From: Pirellulales bacterium | GTDB taxonomy: Bacteria > Planctomycetota > Planctomycetia > Pirellulales > JACPPG01 | Direction: 5' to 3' | Length of the DNA stretch: 64,000 nucleotides | NCBI GenBank assembly: GCA_036499395.1 | Contig: DASYDW010000116.1 | Span: 157,832 to 221,831, forward strand | In this document: positions 9,615-18,736 of the stretch, in pieces | Numbering within the stretch: position 1 is the first letter of the stretch | Layout: each line of letters begins with the position of its first letter | The notes under the pieces: model-generated | Told to the model about the DNA's origin: nothing | The model's input: the letters and a program-made list of their open reading frames with translations, nothing else | The model's database searches: none | Program-made: the position numbers and the translations under genes

Positions 9615-10361
9615 ATGCCCGATGTTGATGAACGAGAACCACCCGGCGACGTGCCGGCGAGCAAGCCCTCTGCGTGGGCCATGTGGCGTTTGCGCACCGA
9701 TCCAGCACCGCTTTTTCTTTTCGTCGTGCCGCTGGTGCTCTATCGCGTGTGGGAATATCGCCTGCCGAGTGTTGCCATGGTCCGGTTCAACTATGCGGAT
9801 GACGTCTGCGCCGGGCTCGCGCTGCTGGTGGTAATCGCCATAACCCGTGGGCTGCAATCAGCCCTCAGGGCGTTTGTCGAGTTGGGTCGCGGCATCGCGC
9901 CTGGCACCTACCAATCGCGACGCCGGCTCTGGGCACCGCTACTGGTGCTGGGAGCCGTCGCCTACGGGCTTGTGTGGGCTGAAATCCTCATGCACGCGGG
10001 CTTCTGGTTCAGCCGTGCGGCGATGGAGCGTTTGGCCGACAGCGCGTTGGCCCACCCGAGAGCCGCGCGAATCGGGGGAAACTGCTGGGCGGGGCTCTAT
10101 TATGTTTACGACGTCGAGATCATCGGCCAGACGGTCGTCCTTTATCTCGACGAGGACCAGAGCACGTATGGCTTCGCCCGCGTGCCGGGCTTCACCCGCG
10201 ATCCAGTATTCAACATCCCGCATCTGCCCACAACCGAGCCTGGGCTGTACCGAGACTTTCCCGCTCGGGCCGGTTTTCAAGACCGCGAGGGGGAGCGGAT
10301 CATGCACGACTGGCTCGTTGTCTATTCCAGCTATTGGCGGGTAAAGCTCGGTTGGAGCTAG
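9615..10361 (+). CDS. hypothetical membrane protein
   Basis: 248-aa ORF with three hydrophobic segments (LFLFVVPLVLY, GLALLVVIAIT, LLVLGAVAYGLVWAEIL) and a soluble C-terminal half. No family recognised. Divergent from the LRR gene. Confidence 0.5.
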   Translation: MPDVDEREPPGDVPASKPSAWAMWRLRTDPAPLFLFVVPLVLYRVWEYRLPSVAMVRFNYADDVCAGLALLVVIAITRGLQSALRAFVELGRGIAPGTYQSRRRLWAPLLVLGAVAYGLVWAEILMHAGFWFSRAAMERLADSALAHPRAARIGGNCWAGLYYVYDVEIIGQTVVLYLDEDQSTYGFARVPGFTRDPVFNIPHLPTTEPGLYRDFPARAGFQDREGERIMHDWLVVYSSYWRVKLGWS

Positions 10362-10621
10362 TCGCCTGGCCGATCCCCACTGCCCTGCCGCAAACTCTCG
10401 CCCTCCAGCGCGAGTATTTTGACTTTTCGCAAAACCGATTGTCAGGATGCGCAATTCCGCACGCCTATATCCTGTAACGGTGAGTGCTGTTACATCGTCC
10501 GCCCCAGGCCGTCACGCCGCGAAGCCAATCGCGCTGGACCGGTCCCGGGCTTTCGATACGCTGCGTCCGCCGGACAGGGGGCTTCAACTAGGTCAGGCAA
10601 CATTCGCAAGGGCTGCACTCC

Positions 10622-11536
10622 ATGAAACGACCGACAATTGGGCTGTGCGTGGCGCTAATGATCGGCATCGTCGCGCCGGCGGCACAGGCAGGCATTCATT
10701 TCCTGGATCAGGATTTCCACAGCGACTCCGTGGGCCAGGCGCCGGCCACGGGTTCTATGGGCCCCGTGATTACCATGCCGGGGGCCATCGGTGGTTTTTC
10801 GAGCACAGGCAATCCAGACGGCGACGTCCCACCGAATGCCATCACCGAGGGAACTATCACGGTTCAAAACCCAAATAACCAGGCGGTCTTCAGCTCAGTC
10901 GGATCAAACGACGAAACCGGCGCTTTGTTCATGGACACCGGCTTCAACATCACGTCGCAGCAGGTGACCCTGGGCTTTGATATTGACGTCATGCAAGCGC
11001 CGGCGCTCATGACGGATGCCAACTCGCAGCCCATGACACTGCACCTCGATTCGGGGGACATTACGGCCGGCATCTTGTTCGGGGCGCGACTCTACAGCAG
11101 CACCGCAGGCAATTGGGCCGTCAGCGTAGCGGTTGTGCCCACGAGCGCCACGGGCGGTGTATACGCCCTGCGCAACTCGGACAATTCGCAGCTGATGCCG
11201 TTCGGGACCTACACCAATGGCCAGGACAATCACATCACGGTCGTGGCCGACTACACGGCCGGCACGGCAAGCGCCTATATCAATAACACCCTGGGCTTGA
11301 GCGCCTATCCGTTACGAAATGGCGGCAGTCCCGGCCAAACCGGCCCTCTCGCCAATGCGACTTTCAACGAGTTATTCATGTACATGAACGGCCAGAACAC
11401 TGGCGACGGCAATCAGGTCGCGGTCGATAACATCACAGGTGACTTCGCCACCGTGCCCGAGCCGGCCACGGTCGCCATCTGGGCCGTAGGGTGTGCATTG
11501 GTCGTGGGCGTGCGTTGGCGCAGGCGATCACACTAG
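10622..11536 (+). CDS. PEP-CTERM sorting-domain exported protein
   Basis: Signal peptide MKRPTIGLCVALMIGIVAPAAQA. C-terminal TVPEPATVAIWAVGCALVVGVRWRRRSH. Confidence 0.85.
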   Translation: MKRPTIGLCVALMIGIVAPAAQAGIHFLDQDFHSDSVGQAPATGSMGPVITMPGAIGGFSSTGNPDGDVPPNAITEGTITVQNPNNQAVFSSVGSNDETGALFMDTGFNITSQQVTLGFDIDVMQAPALMTDANSQPMTLHLDSGDITAGILFGARLYSSTAGNWAVSVAVVPTSATGGVYALRNSDNSQLMPFGTYTNGQDNHITVVADYTAGTASAYINNTLGLSAYPLRNGGSPGQTGPLANATFNELFMYMNGQNTGDGNQVAVDNITGDFATVPEPATVAIWAVGCALVVGVRWRRRSH

Positions 11537-11567
11537 TCGCGGCACTTATTGCACTACCAAACGAAGC

Positions 11568-11609
11568 GAGCGACGATCGTCTGACAGTGGCGGTCGTCGC
11601 TCCTTTCTT
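11568..11609 (+). terminator. hairpin terminator after PEP-CTERM gene
   Basis: A 9-bp stem, GAGCGACGA (11568-11576) / TCGTCGCTC (11594-11602), followed by CTTTCTT. Confidence 0.55.
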
Positions 11610-11648
11610 GGATTGCAGGACCGAATCCATCTGCCGACCCTGCCGCGC

Positions 11649-12827
11649 TCACTTGACGGGGACACCGTTGTTGAACGATGTCGCCTCCTGCACTTCGCCT
11701 GATTCGGCCCATTCGTACAATTCGCCGTGCCTGCGTCCCTTGCGATAGCCGACCACGACCTTAGGTGCCCCTGATTCATACCAGCCCATGATACGGCCGT
11801 TGGGGGCGTCGTCTTCGAAAACTCCCTCGGCCTTCCGATTGCCGTTTTCGAACCATTCGGTCGACAGGCCATCCTTGCTGCCGACATTGTACGTTTCCAT
11901 GACCTTCAATTGGCCGTTGCGATACCAATTGCGATACAGCCCCGTCAGATCCCCTTTCTCGTAAGTGGCATCCACCTTGGGGGCATGCTTGTCGTCGTCG
12001 CCCCACCATTCTTTCCACTCGCCATCGCGGGCCCCGTCGATGTAATGGCCTTTGGCTTTTTCGCTGCCATCGGGATGCCATTCGGCAAAATCGCCGTCGA
12101 GTGCGCCGTCTTTGTAGGTGCGATCGGTCTTGGGTCGGCCGTCGGAATACCATTCGGCGTAATGCCCCTCCTTGGCGCCGTCCTTGTAATCGACTTCGAG
12201 CGATTTGTGCTTGTTGCGATAGTAGAGCACCGAATGGCCGCTCTTGGTGCCATGAACGAACTCGGAAACCTCTTGCGGGGCGCCGTCGTTGTACCAGCGG
12301 CGGACGGTGCCGTGTTGATCTCCCTGGTCGAAGATCTGTTCGATGGATTTTTGGCCACCAGCGTGCCAGGCAGTGAGCTTTCCGTGCTTGGTATCTCCGC
12401 GAAACGTCGTTTCCTGTTTCTTTTGGCCATTGGCGTGATAGAGGACCTCGGCCCCTTCCTTGTTCCCCTTCTTGTAGGTCCCTTCCCCTTTTTTCTGACC
12501 GGACTCGTACCACTCGGTCCAGGGTCCGTCTCGCATTCCGTCGTGGTAAATGTATCGGCTGGCGATCGGTCCCTTCTCGTAATAAGTTTCGACCACACCG
12601 TGCTCGATTTCTTCGCCGCGGGCGTTCTTCTTTATCTGCCGCTTTGCTTTGATTGCGCCCGAAGCGAACTTCTCCTCGACCACTTGCGGCTTTGCCGCGG
12701 TCGGCGTCTGAGCGCCGGCCGGCGCCGTCATGACCACCAGGCTGAGAAGTAAGGGAGCGATCATGGATCGAATGACGTGAGAAGCGAGAAAAAATCGCCG
12801 CCGGTACCGCGGCGCACCACCAGGCAC
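11649..12827 (-). CDS. MORN-repeat-variant (YwqK-family) repeat protein, exported
   Basis: About 13 tandem ~23-aa repeats of the pattern G.k.G....wY.nG (e.g. DGPWTEWYESGQKK, EGHYAEWYSDGRPK, DGEWKEWWGDD). N-terminus RYRRRFFLASHVIRSMIAPLLLSLVVMTAPAGAQ looks like a signal peptide. The start could instead be ATG 12764. Confidence 0.8.
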   Translation of the reverse strand: MPGGAPRYRRRFFLASHVIRSMIAPLLLSLVVMTAPAGAQTPTAAKPQVVEEKFASGAIKAKRQIKKNARGEEIEHGVVETYYEKGPIASRYIYHDGMRDGPWTEWYESGQKKGEGTYKKGNKEGAEVLYHANGQKKQETTFRGDTKHGKLTAWHAGGQKSIEQIFDQGDQHGTVRRWYNDGAPQEVSEFVHGTKSGHSVLYYRNKHKSLEVDYKDGAKEGHYAEWYSDGRPKTDRTYKDGALDGDFAEWHPDGSEKAKGHYIDGARDGEWKEWWGDDDKHAPKVDATYEKGDLTGLYRNWYRNGQLKVMETYNVGSKDGLSTEWFENGNRKAEGVFEDDAPNGRIMGWYESGAPKVVVGYRKGRRHGELYEWAESGEVQEATSFNNGVPVK

Positions 12828-12998
12828 GCCGACCGGACCCTCGAAATTCTACGATAGGCCCGCCGGTAAAGTTTGGGAACAGCCCGGCCCGGGAATAGGC
12901 GTTTTGTCCGGGCGCGACGGGCGGAAAAATCCTCGCCATCCCCCGCCCCTGCCCGAAAGCTGGCAGCTCACCGCCACGAGCGATCATCGCGGCGTCGT

Positions 12999-14627
12999 TT
13001 ACTCAGCCGGCTTCTCGCCGTCGCGCAGCACGTCGAAGTACGTCCGCGCGTGCTCGCGATAACCGCGCGGCATTTTGGTGTCCGCCAGCGGGTCCGAGGC
13101 ACTGCCGCGCGCGGCCTGGAATTGCGATTGAATCTCTTGTTCGACGCGCCCCTTCGAGTTCGGGCCGTCGATCTTGCCCGTCACGCTCACGGCGCCCGCC
13201 CCCATCTTGCCTCGCAACTTCGTGTCGTACAGGCCGGCCTCGATATCATCCTCGGGCCGATCGGCATCCATGTGGCCACGGCCGGGCTTCAGGCTCCGTT
13301 GTGTCGAACGTTGTTGCAGCATGCCAAAACGGTCGGCCTCCATCGCGTCGTTAGCGCCGATCGCATCCTTGGCGTCCGCCAATTCTTGCAGCGCCTCGTC
13401 CAATAGCGCGCCCTCGGCTTGCTCCTGCATCATTTCCGAGAGCTGCCCCTGCATTTGCGCCAGTGCCGCGGCGGCCGATTTCGAGTCGCCTTGCTTCATG
13501 CACTCCGAACACTCGCCCATCTTCGAGGCCATTTGCGCCAGCTTTTGCATCTGCGACGCCTGCTTCTGCATCTCGCCAAGCTTCTTTTCCAGTTGCTCGG
13601 CTTCCTTCGACTGACCGGCGGCGCGTTTTTCGGCGATTTGTCTCTTCAGCTCGCTTTCCATCTCGCGCTGCTTCTCGGCGACGTTCTTCAACTTTCGTTC
13701 CATCGCTTCCAGTTGCTTGGCCAACTCGGCCTTGGCCTGACCGTCGAGTTGGCCGGACCGCAACTTCTCCTGCAGCGCTTCCAGCTCGCGGCCGGCTTGC
13801 TTCAGATCTCCTTCCTTGAGCGCATCGGTCAGCTTGTCGGCGGGGCCCTTGGCCAGGTTCTTCAACTGCTCGAACTGCTCTTGCAACTTGTCACCACCGC
13901 GCAATTGCTCGCGACGTTCTTCGAGCTGCTTGTGCAGGTCGTTCATTTTGACCAAAGCGTCGTGGCGGTTCTCTTCCCCTTTGCTCAACTCTTTCAGTCC
14001 GGCTTCGAGCTTCGCCAGGGAATCGGCCTCCTTCAGGTCCTTTTCCTTGGCTTCCTTCAACTGCTCGGCGATCTTCTCGCGTGCCACCTGCGTGACCTTC
14101 TTCACTTGCACCTTTTGCTCGGCCAGCTCGGTCGTGGCCGTGGCGATTTCCGTGACGGGATTCAGGAACACCGCCAGCGAGAAGGCAGCCGCGGCCGGCA
14201 CCAGCGGCAGTAGCGCCGTGCGCGACAGAGACAGGCGAAATCCCGGTCCGACGTCCACACGCTCGACGGCGCGAACGGCGTCCGCCACGAGCGCTTGCCC
14301 CATGGGCGTTTCGCGCTCGGCCGCGCTCAAGGCGTAAGCACTCGAAATTCGCTCGTGCAGTCCGAAGCGCCGATCGATCTCGATCGCGGCGTCCAATTCC
14401 GATTGGCCGCGCAACCAGACCAGCGCGGCCGACAGGAGAATGCCGGCGGCCAATCCAATCGTGGGCCAGGCCCAACTCAGCAGCCCCAGCGGATAATACT
14501 TATCGACCGCGACTAGGATGGCCGAAGCCGCCAATGTGCCGAACAAGCACCAGGGAAGCGTGGCTAAGAATCGCTGCATCGCCAAACGACGCCGCGCGAT
14601 ACGAACCTGACGCCTGAGCTTTTCCAT
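12999..14627 (-). CDS. membrane-anchored coiled-coil protein, unknown function
   Basis: Two N-terminal TM helices, then ~300 aa of E/K/Q/L-rich heptad-like sequence, a CSEC motif and a C-terminus PRGYREHARTYFD. No family recognised. Confidence 0.65.
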   Translation of the reverse strand: MEKLRRQVRIARRRLAMQRFLATLPWCLFGTLAASAILVAVDKYYPLGLLSWAWPTIGLAAGILLSAALVWLRGQSELDAAIEIDRRFGLHERISSAYALSAAERETPMGQALVADAVRAVERVDVGPGFRLSLSRTALLPLVPAAAAFSLAVFLNPVTEIATATTELAEQKVQVKKVTQVAREKIAEQLKEAKEKDLKEADSLAKLEAGLKELSKGEENRHDALVKMNDLHKQLEERREQLRGGDKLQEQFEQLKNLAKGPADKLTDALKEGDLKQAGRELEALQEKLRSGQLDGQAKAELAKQLEAMERKLKNVAEKQREMESELKRQIAEKRAAGQSKEAEQLEKKLGEMQKQASQMQKLAQMASKMGECSECMKQGDSKSAAAALAQMQGQLSEMMQEQAEGALLDEALQELADAKDAIGANDAMEADRFGMLQQRSTQRSLKPGRGHMDADRPEDDIEAGLYDTKLRGKMGAGAVSVTGKIDGPNSKGRVEQEIQSQFQAARGSASDPLADTKMPRGYREHARTYFDVLRDGEKPAE

Positions 14628-14778
14628 AGCCTCGCTCCTGCCGTAAGCGATCGAAAACCCGACGCGCGGGCCGCCCGACCAGCCCCCTCTCGATCATAGG
14701 GCCTCCCTAGCCAGGAAGCCAGCGAGGAACACCCAGGGGGGCGGGCGTCTCGCCCGCCTTAAGGTGAACCCGACATCG

Positions 14779-15735
14779 CTACTGCAACCCCTGCACAATC
14801 TTAGGAAACTCCGCAGCGAGCGCAGCCCGCCAATCAGGGAGCGCAAGGCCAAATCGCTCGCGCACCCGCCAGCCGTCGAGGCGCGAGTTCAGTGGGCGCC
14901 GTGCCGGAGTCGGGTATTCGGCGGTCGTGATCGGCAGCACCCGCTCGACACGCAGGGAAAGCCCCGCCGCGCCGGCCAAGCGAAAGATTTCCTCGGCGAA
15001 ACCATGCCAGCTCGTTTCGCCCGCGACGGGCAGATGGAACGTCCCGCCATGCTCGCGCAGGAATTCAGCGGGCGAGTCCCCGGCCAGGCGCAGGATCTCG
15101 GCGGTGGTAGTGGCCACGGCCGCGGCGGGAGTCGGCCCCCCGACCTGGTCTGCGACCACGCGAAGCTCGGTCCGCTCGGACGCCAGCTTGAGCATGGTGC
15201 GGACAAAGTTGTGCCCGTGCGCGGCATAAATCCAGGAGATGCGCAGAATGACATGAGCTACGCCGGCGGCACGAATCGCTTCCTCGCCAGCCAGTTTCGT
15301 CCGGCCGTAGGCATTCAACGGATTTGTGACGTCGTCTTCGCGCCAGGGGCGCGTGCCGCCGCCATCGAACACGTAATCGGTCGAATAATGCACAAGCGCC
15401 GTGCCGGCCGCTCGCGCCTCTTCGGCCAGCATGCCGGGCATGATGCCGTTGACGAGCATGGCCAGGTCAGGCTCGGACTCCGCCCGATCGACTGCCGTAT
15501 ACGCTGCCGCGTTGACGATGATGGCCGGACGCACCTCGCGAACCGTACGGCGCACGGCGTCCAAATCCGTAACGTCAAGGATCAGCCGTTGCGCCGTGCC
15601 TGCGAACGCACCGGGCGAACGGGCCGTGGCGAACACCGGACCGACCGGGGCGAGCGTCCGCAGCAATTCACGCCCCACCTGCCCCGTAGCGCCGACGAGC
15701 AGGATGCGCGGCGGATTATCGGGCTTCGACGTCAA
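14779..15735 (-). CDS. rfbD: dTDP-4-dehydrorhamnose reductase
   Basis: Motifs ILLVGATGQVGRE (Rossmann), VNAAAYTAVDRAE, HYSTDYVFDG and PLNAYGRTKLAGE (YxxxK) match the RmlD pattern. The ORF opens at TTG 15915 with no ATG in the first 76 codons. TTG 15735 gives a normal length, so the start is uncertain. Confidence 0.8.
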   Translation of the reverse strand: MTSKPDNPPRILLVGATGQVGRELLRTLAPVGPVFATARSPGAFAGTAQRLILDVTDLDAVRRTVREVRPAIIVNAAAYTAVDRAESEPDLAMLVNGIMPGMLAEEARAAGTALVHYSTDYVFDGGGTRPWREDDVTNPLNAYGRTKLAGEEAIRAAGVAHVILRISWIYAAHGHNFVRTMLKLASERTELRVVADQVGGPTPAAAVATTTAEILRLAGDSPAEFLREHGGTFHLPVAGETSWHGFAEEIFRLAGAAGLSLRVERVLPITTAEYPTPARRPLNSRLDGWRVRERFGLALPDWRAALAAEFPKIVQGLQ

Positions 15736-16079
15736 GGCAGGATCCGTCCCGATTGAATGGTCGGCAGTGACAGTTGGCAGCGGTCGAAAATAACGCTGAG
15801 ATTTCGACTCTGGTTTCCCATTATATCGGCAGTTGCACTTGGCCCCTTGCCACTGCTGGCGGATATGGCATACTCGGCCGCGCGGCTTATCGAATTCTTG
15901 GGATCCGCTGGTCAAACGACGACCAGTCGAAGCCTTGAGGGAAGGGGCATCAGCGACGCGTTATAGCGTGCCCCGCTCAATTCTCGATAAGTTGTCTCGT
16001 AATCGCGAATTTCCCCGGGGTGCGTTCGTCGGCCCCTAATTTCTAGTCGTTATTGCCCACACGCAGAAGGAAGAATTGC

Positions 16080-16574
16080 ATGAGCGCCGTAGACAAGCCG
16101 CTAGTGGCCATCGTGATGGGGAGCAAGTCGGACTGGGAGTTGATGAAACACGCCGGCGATACGCTGGCCAAGTTCGACGTGCCGCACGAGTGCCGCGTGT
16201 TGTCGGCGCATCGCACGCCGGACCAGTTGCGCGAGTATATGGCCGACGCCGAAAAGCGCGGCGTGGAAGTGTGGATCGCCGCCGCCGGCGGAGCCGCCCA
16301 CTTGGCGGGAGTCGTGGCGGCACACACGGTGAAGCCTGTCCTCGGGGTGCCGATTCCCAGCACGACGCTCAACGGGCTCGATTCGTTGCTCGCGATCGTG
16401 CAGATGCCGGCCGGCATCCCCGTTGGCACCCTGGCGATCGGCAAGCCTGGCGTCGTCAACGCGGCATTATTGGCCGTCAGCATCCTGGCAACCAACCGCC
16501 CGCCGCTGACCGCAAAGCTGCACGACTATCGCGCCGAACAGGCAAAGAAAGTCCTCAGCGAGACGCTGCCGTAA
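16080..16574 (+). CDS. purE: 5-(carboxyamino)imidazole ribonucleotide mutase
   Basis: VAIVMGSKSDWELMKHA...CRVLSAHRTPD...IAAAGGAAHLAGVVAAHT..PVLGVPI is the canonical PurE sequence. ATG 16080 is preceded by GAAGGAAG. Confidence 0.93.
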   Translation: MSAVDKPLVAIVMGSKSDWELMKHAGDTLAKFDVPHECRVLSAHRTPDQLREYMADAEKRGVEVWIAAAGGAAHLAGVVAAHTVKPVLGVPIPSTTLNGLDSLLAIVQMPAGIPVGTLAIGKPGVVNAALLAVSILATNRPPLTAKLHDYRAEQAKKVLSETLP

Positions 16575-16727
16575 CTACGACAAGCGGCGATTCGACACCG
16601 TCGCGGCTACTACGATCGGCCGCATCGCGCCGTCGTAAACTTGCTGCGTCACGCACCAAACGCTTATCCTGATGACGTAACCGTTGGTTGATGCCAAATC
16701 GATCCGCGCGCATTTTGGGGCGAGTGC

Positions 16728-17678
16728 ATGTCTGACGAAATTACCAAAATCCTAATTGCCGCCACCGGCGGTATTGCTTCGAAGGACATAATCACGAAGC
16801 TTCTCGGACCGAGCGCGGACTATATTGGCGAAGGCGCGCGGAGTCTTGTTGAGAAGTCGAGCCGGAACCTGCGCCGAATATTCGATGTCGCGTGCGGAAA
16901 GCTCGGAAATAAGATCGACTCTCAAGGTGGTGTAAACGCACGTGTCTTAAAAGGTGTCTGGGAAGAAGGACGTTACATCGAAGATGCGATCTCCGCAGAA
17001 TACTTCGGCGGATTGCTTGCTGGGGCTCGAACGACAGATGGTGCCGATGATTCGGCCGTCCCAGCACTCTCGCTGTTGAAAGCCATGTCCTCCCAACAGC
17101 TGCGACTACATTTCATCATCTACTCGTTACTCGCGCGCTATCCTTTTGCCACAAAGCGGCTCGACGCACATGAGTTCTGGAAGGGCCTTCACGTGGCCGT
17201 TTCAGTCGACGAGCTACTCTTGGCCGCACAATTTGACGGCGGGGACGGCGCGGCCATTCTCTTGTTGGCAACGAAAGGACTAATCGATCACGGGTTGCTG
17301 GGATGGCGGTACGCGTTCGAATATGGGGGCCTAAAGGAGTCGTCGGGAATTACCCCGGCATTTGATTTCATAACACTGACGCCAAATAAGGCTGGAGCCA
17401 GCCTTTTTCTTCGAGCCCTTGGTCAACGTGGTCTACATCCTGAGTTAATCACCGCAATTAACGTCGACCATAGTCTATCGGACGACATCAAGTCATCCGT
17501 TCAGTTACCGCCAAATGCGACTTGCTACCACTCACCTGTCGAGGATTCGATAAGACCTCTGCACGACGACGTGGAAGACCGGTTACTTGAGGTTGAGTCA
17601 GACGTGGAGGAGTTGAAGGACGAACTTCGGCGAAGTAAGACGGACGCTGAAAGCAAACGTAAAAAGAAGCCGGTTTAA
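16728..17678 (+). CDS. Abi-alpha (DUF4393)-like protein, candidate abortive-infection gene
   Basis: The N-terminal ~130 aa follow the Abi-alpha family pattern as I recall it: KLLGPSADYIGEGARSLVEK..RNLRRIFDVA...ARVLKGVWEEGRYIEDAISAEYFGGLLAGART..DDS..ALSLLKAMSSQQLRLHFIIYS. The C-terminus is an acidic coiled-coil with a KRKKK tail. Hand-counted G+C is 29/60 and 30/60 inside, versus 46/60 in purE. Confidence 0.55.
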   Translation: MSDEITKILIAATGGIASKDIITKLLGPSADYIGEGARSLVEKSSRNLRRIFDVACGKLGNKIDSQGGVNARVLKGVWEEGRYIEDAISAEYFGGLLAGARTTDGADDSAVPALSLLKAMSSQQLRLHFIIYSLLARYPFATKRLDAHEFWKGLHVAVSVDELLLAAQFDGGDGAAILLLATKGLIDHGLLGWRYAFEYGGLKESSGITPAFDFITLTPNKAGASLFLRALGQRGLHPELITAINVDHSLSDDIKSSVQLPPNATCYHSPVEDSIRPLHDDVEDRLLEVESDVEELKDELRRSKTDAESKRKKKPV

Positions 17679-17750
17679 TTCGTACCGATAGGCTACAACC
17701 AGCGAGACCGCGTCCTTCGTCGTCCATTCCATTTTTGACCGACGTATCAT

Positions 17751-18569
17751 TTATTTCGCGCGCCATGGGTTGTAATCGGTCTCGTGGCGGTCGAGTTGCC
17801 GGACGACCGCTTCCCATTGGAACGGATACCGCATCGGCTGCGTCAGCACCGAGCGGCTTTGTCGGGCCACTTCCGGCGGCACGATTTGCAAAGGCCGCCC
17901 CGTGGCCATCGCGCGTAAATTGACCGCGCAGGTCCGCTCCATATCGATCATGTCGAGGACTGCTTGCTCGACCGACGAACCTGTGGTAAGCAAGCCGTGA
18001 TTGGCCAGGATCAGCGCCCGTTTCGTTCCGAGCGCCGACGTTATGTCGACTGTTTGCTGCTCGTCGAGCACGATGCCGGTGTATTCGCTGTAGATGGCGT
18101 GGTCTTCAAAAAACGAGCAGCCCGTCTGCTCGAGCGGATCGAGCAGGATGCCCAGCGCGCTATAGGCCGAGCCGGCCGGCGGATGCGTGTGGCAGGCGCA
18201 GTTAACGTCAGGCCTGGCATGATGAATCGCGGCGTGAATGCAGAAGCCGGCCTGATTGATCATCGGCCAGCCGTCGATGATCTCCCCCTTCGAGTTCACC
18301 AGCACCAGGTTCTCGGCCGTCACCTCGCTGAACATCTTGCCGAACGGATTGACCCAGAAATAATCGGGCGCACCGGGCACACGCAGGCTGATGTGGCCAG
18401 CTAGTCCATCGTCCAGACCATGCCGGGCGATAATCCGATAAGCCGCGGCAAGTTTCACGCGTTCGTGTCGCGCTTCCTGCGAATTGGCGATCTCCAGGAC
18501 CCATTCCTTCTCAGCCGAGTCGCTGGCAACGGTACTGCGAACGATCGACGAGGGGTCGGAATTGATCAT
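17751..18569 (-). CDS. class II aldolase/adducin-family protein
   Basis: GLAGHISLRVPG, metal-ligand-type CHTHPPAG and LILANHGLLTTG motifs. A strong AGGAGG lies ~7 nt upstream of ATG 18569. Confidence 0.8.
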   Translation of the reverse strand: MINSDPSSIVRSTVASDSAEKEWVLEIANSQEARHERVKLAAAYRIIARHGLDDGLAGHISLRVPGAPDYFWVNPFGKMFSEVTAENLVLVNSKGEIIDGWPMINQAGFCIHAAIHHARPDVNCACHTHPPAGSAYSALGILLDPLEQTGCSFFEDHAIYSEYTGIVLDEQQTVDITSALGTKRALILANHGLLTTGSSVEQAVLDMIDMERTCAVNLRAMATGRPLQIVPPEVARQSRSVLTQPMRYPFQWEAVVRQLDRHETDYNPWRAK

Positions 18570-18736
18570 TAAATCCTCCTAAGCGCTGCGTAGGGGCGGG
18601 CGGGCAGCGTGTGCGTATAAAGAACTTGAGAAAGGTCCGCGAGCCCAGCGTTGGCGGAACCACGTTGCACGGCTCGGAACGTCATCCTAGCGTGCTAATT
18701 AAAGCCATGCAAAACGACGAGCCCGCAGACGATCTT

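Noticed and set aside
11776-12987. A 403-aa ORF in an alternative minus frame, and a 280-aa antisense ORF (11910-12752), both overlapping the MORN-repeat gene.
   Set aside because: The translations are Arg/Gly/Pro-rich or Val/Leu/Gly-rich strings with no repeat logic. The 11649-12827 frame shows clean 23-aa MORN-variant periodicity. These are typical high-GC shadow ORFs.
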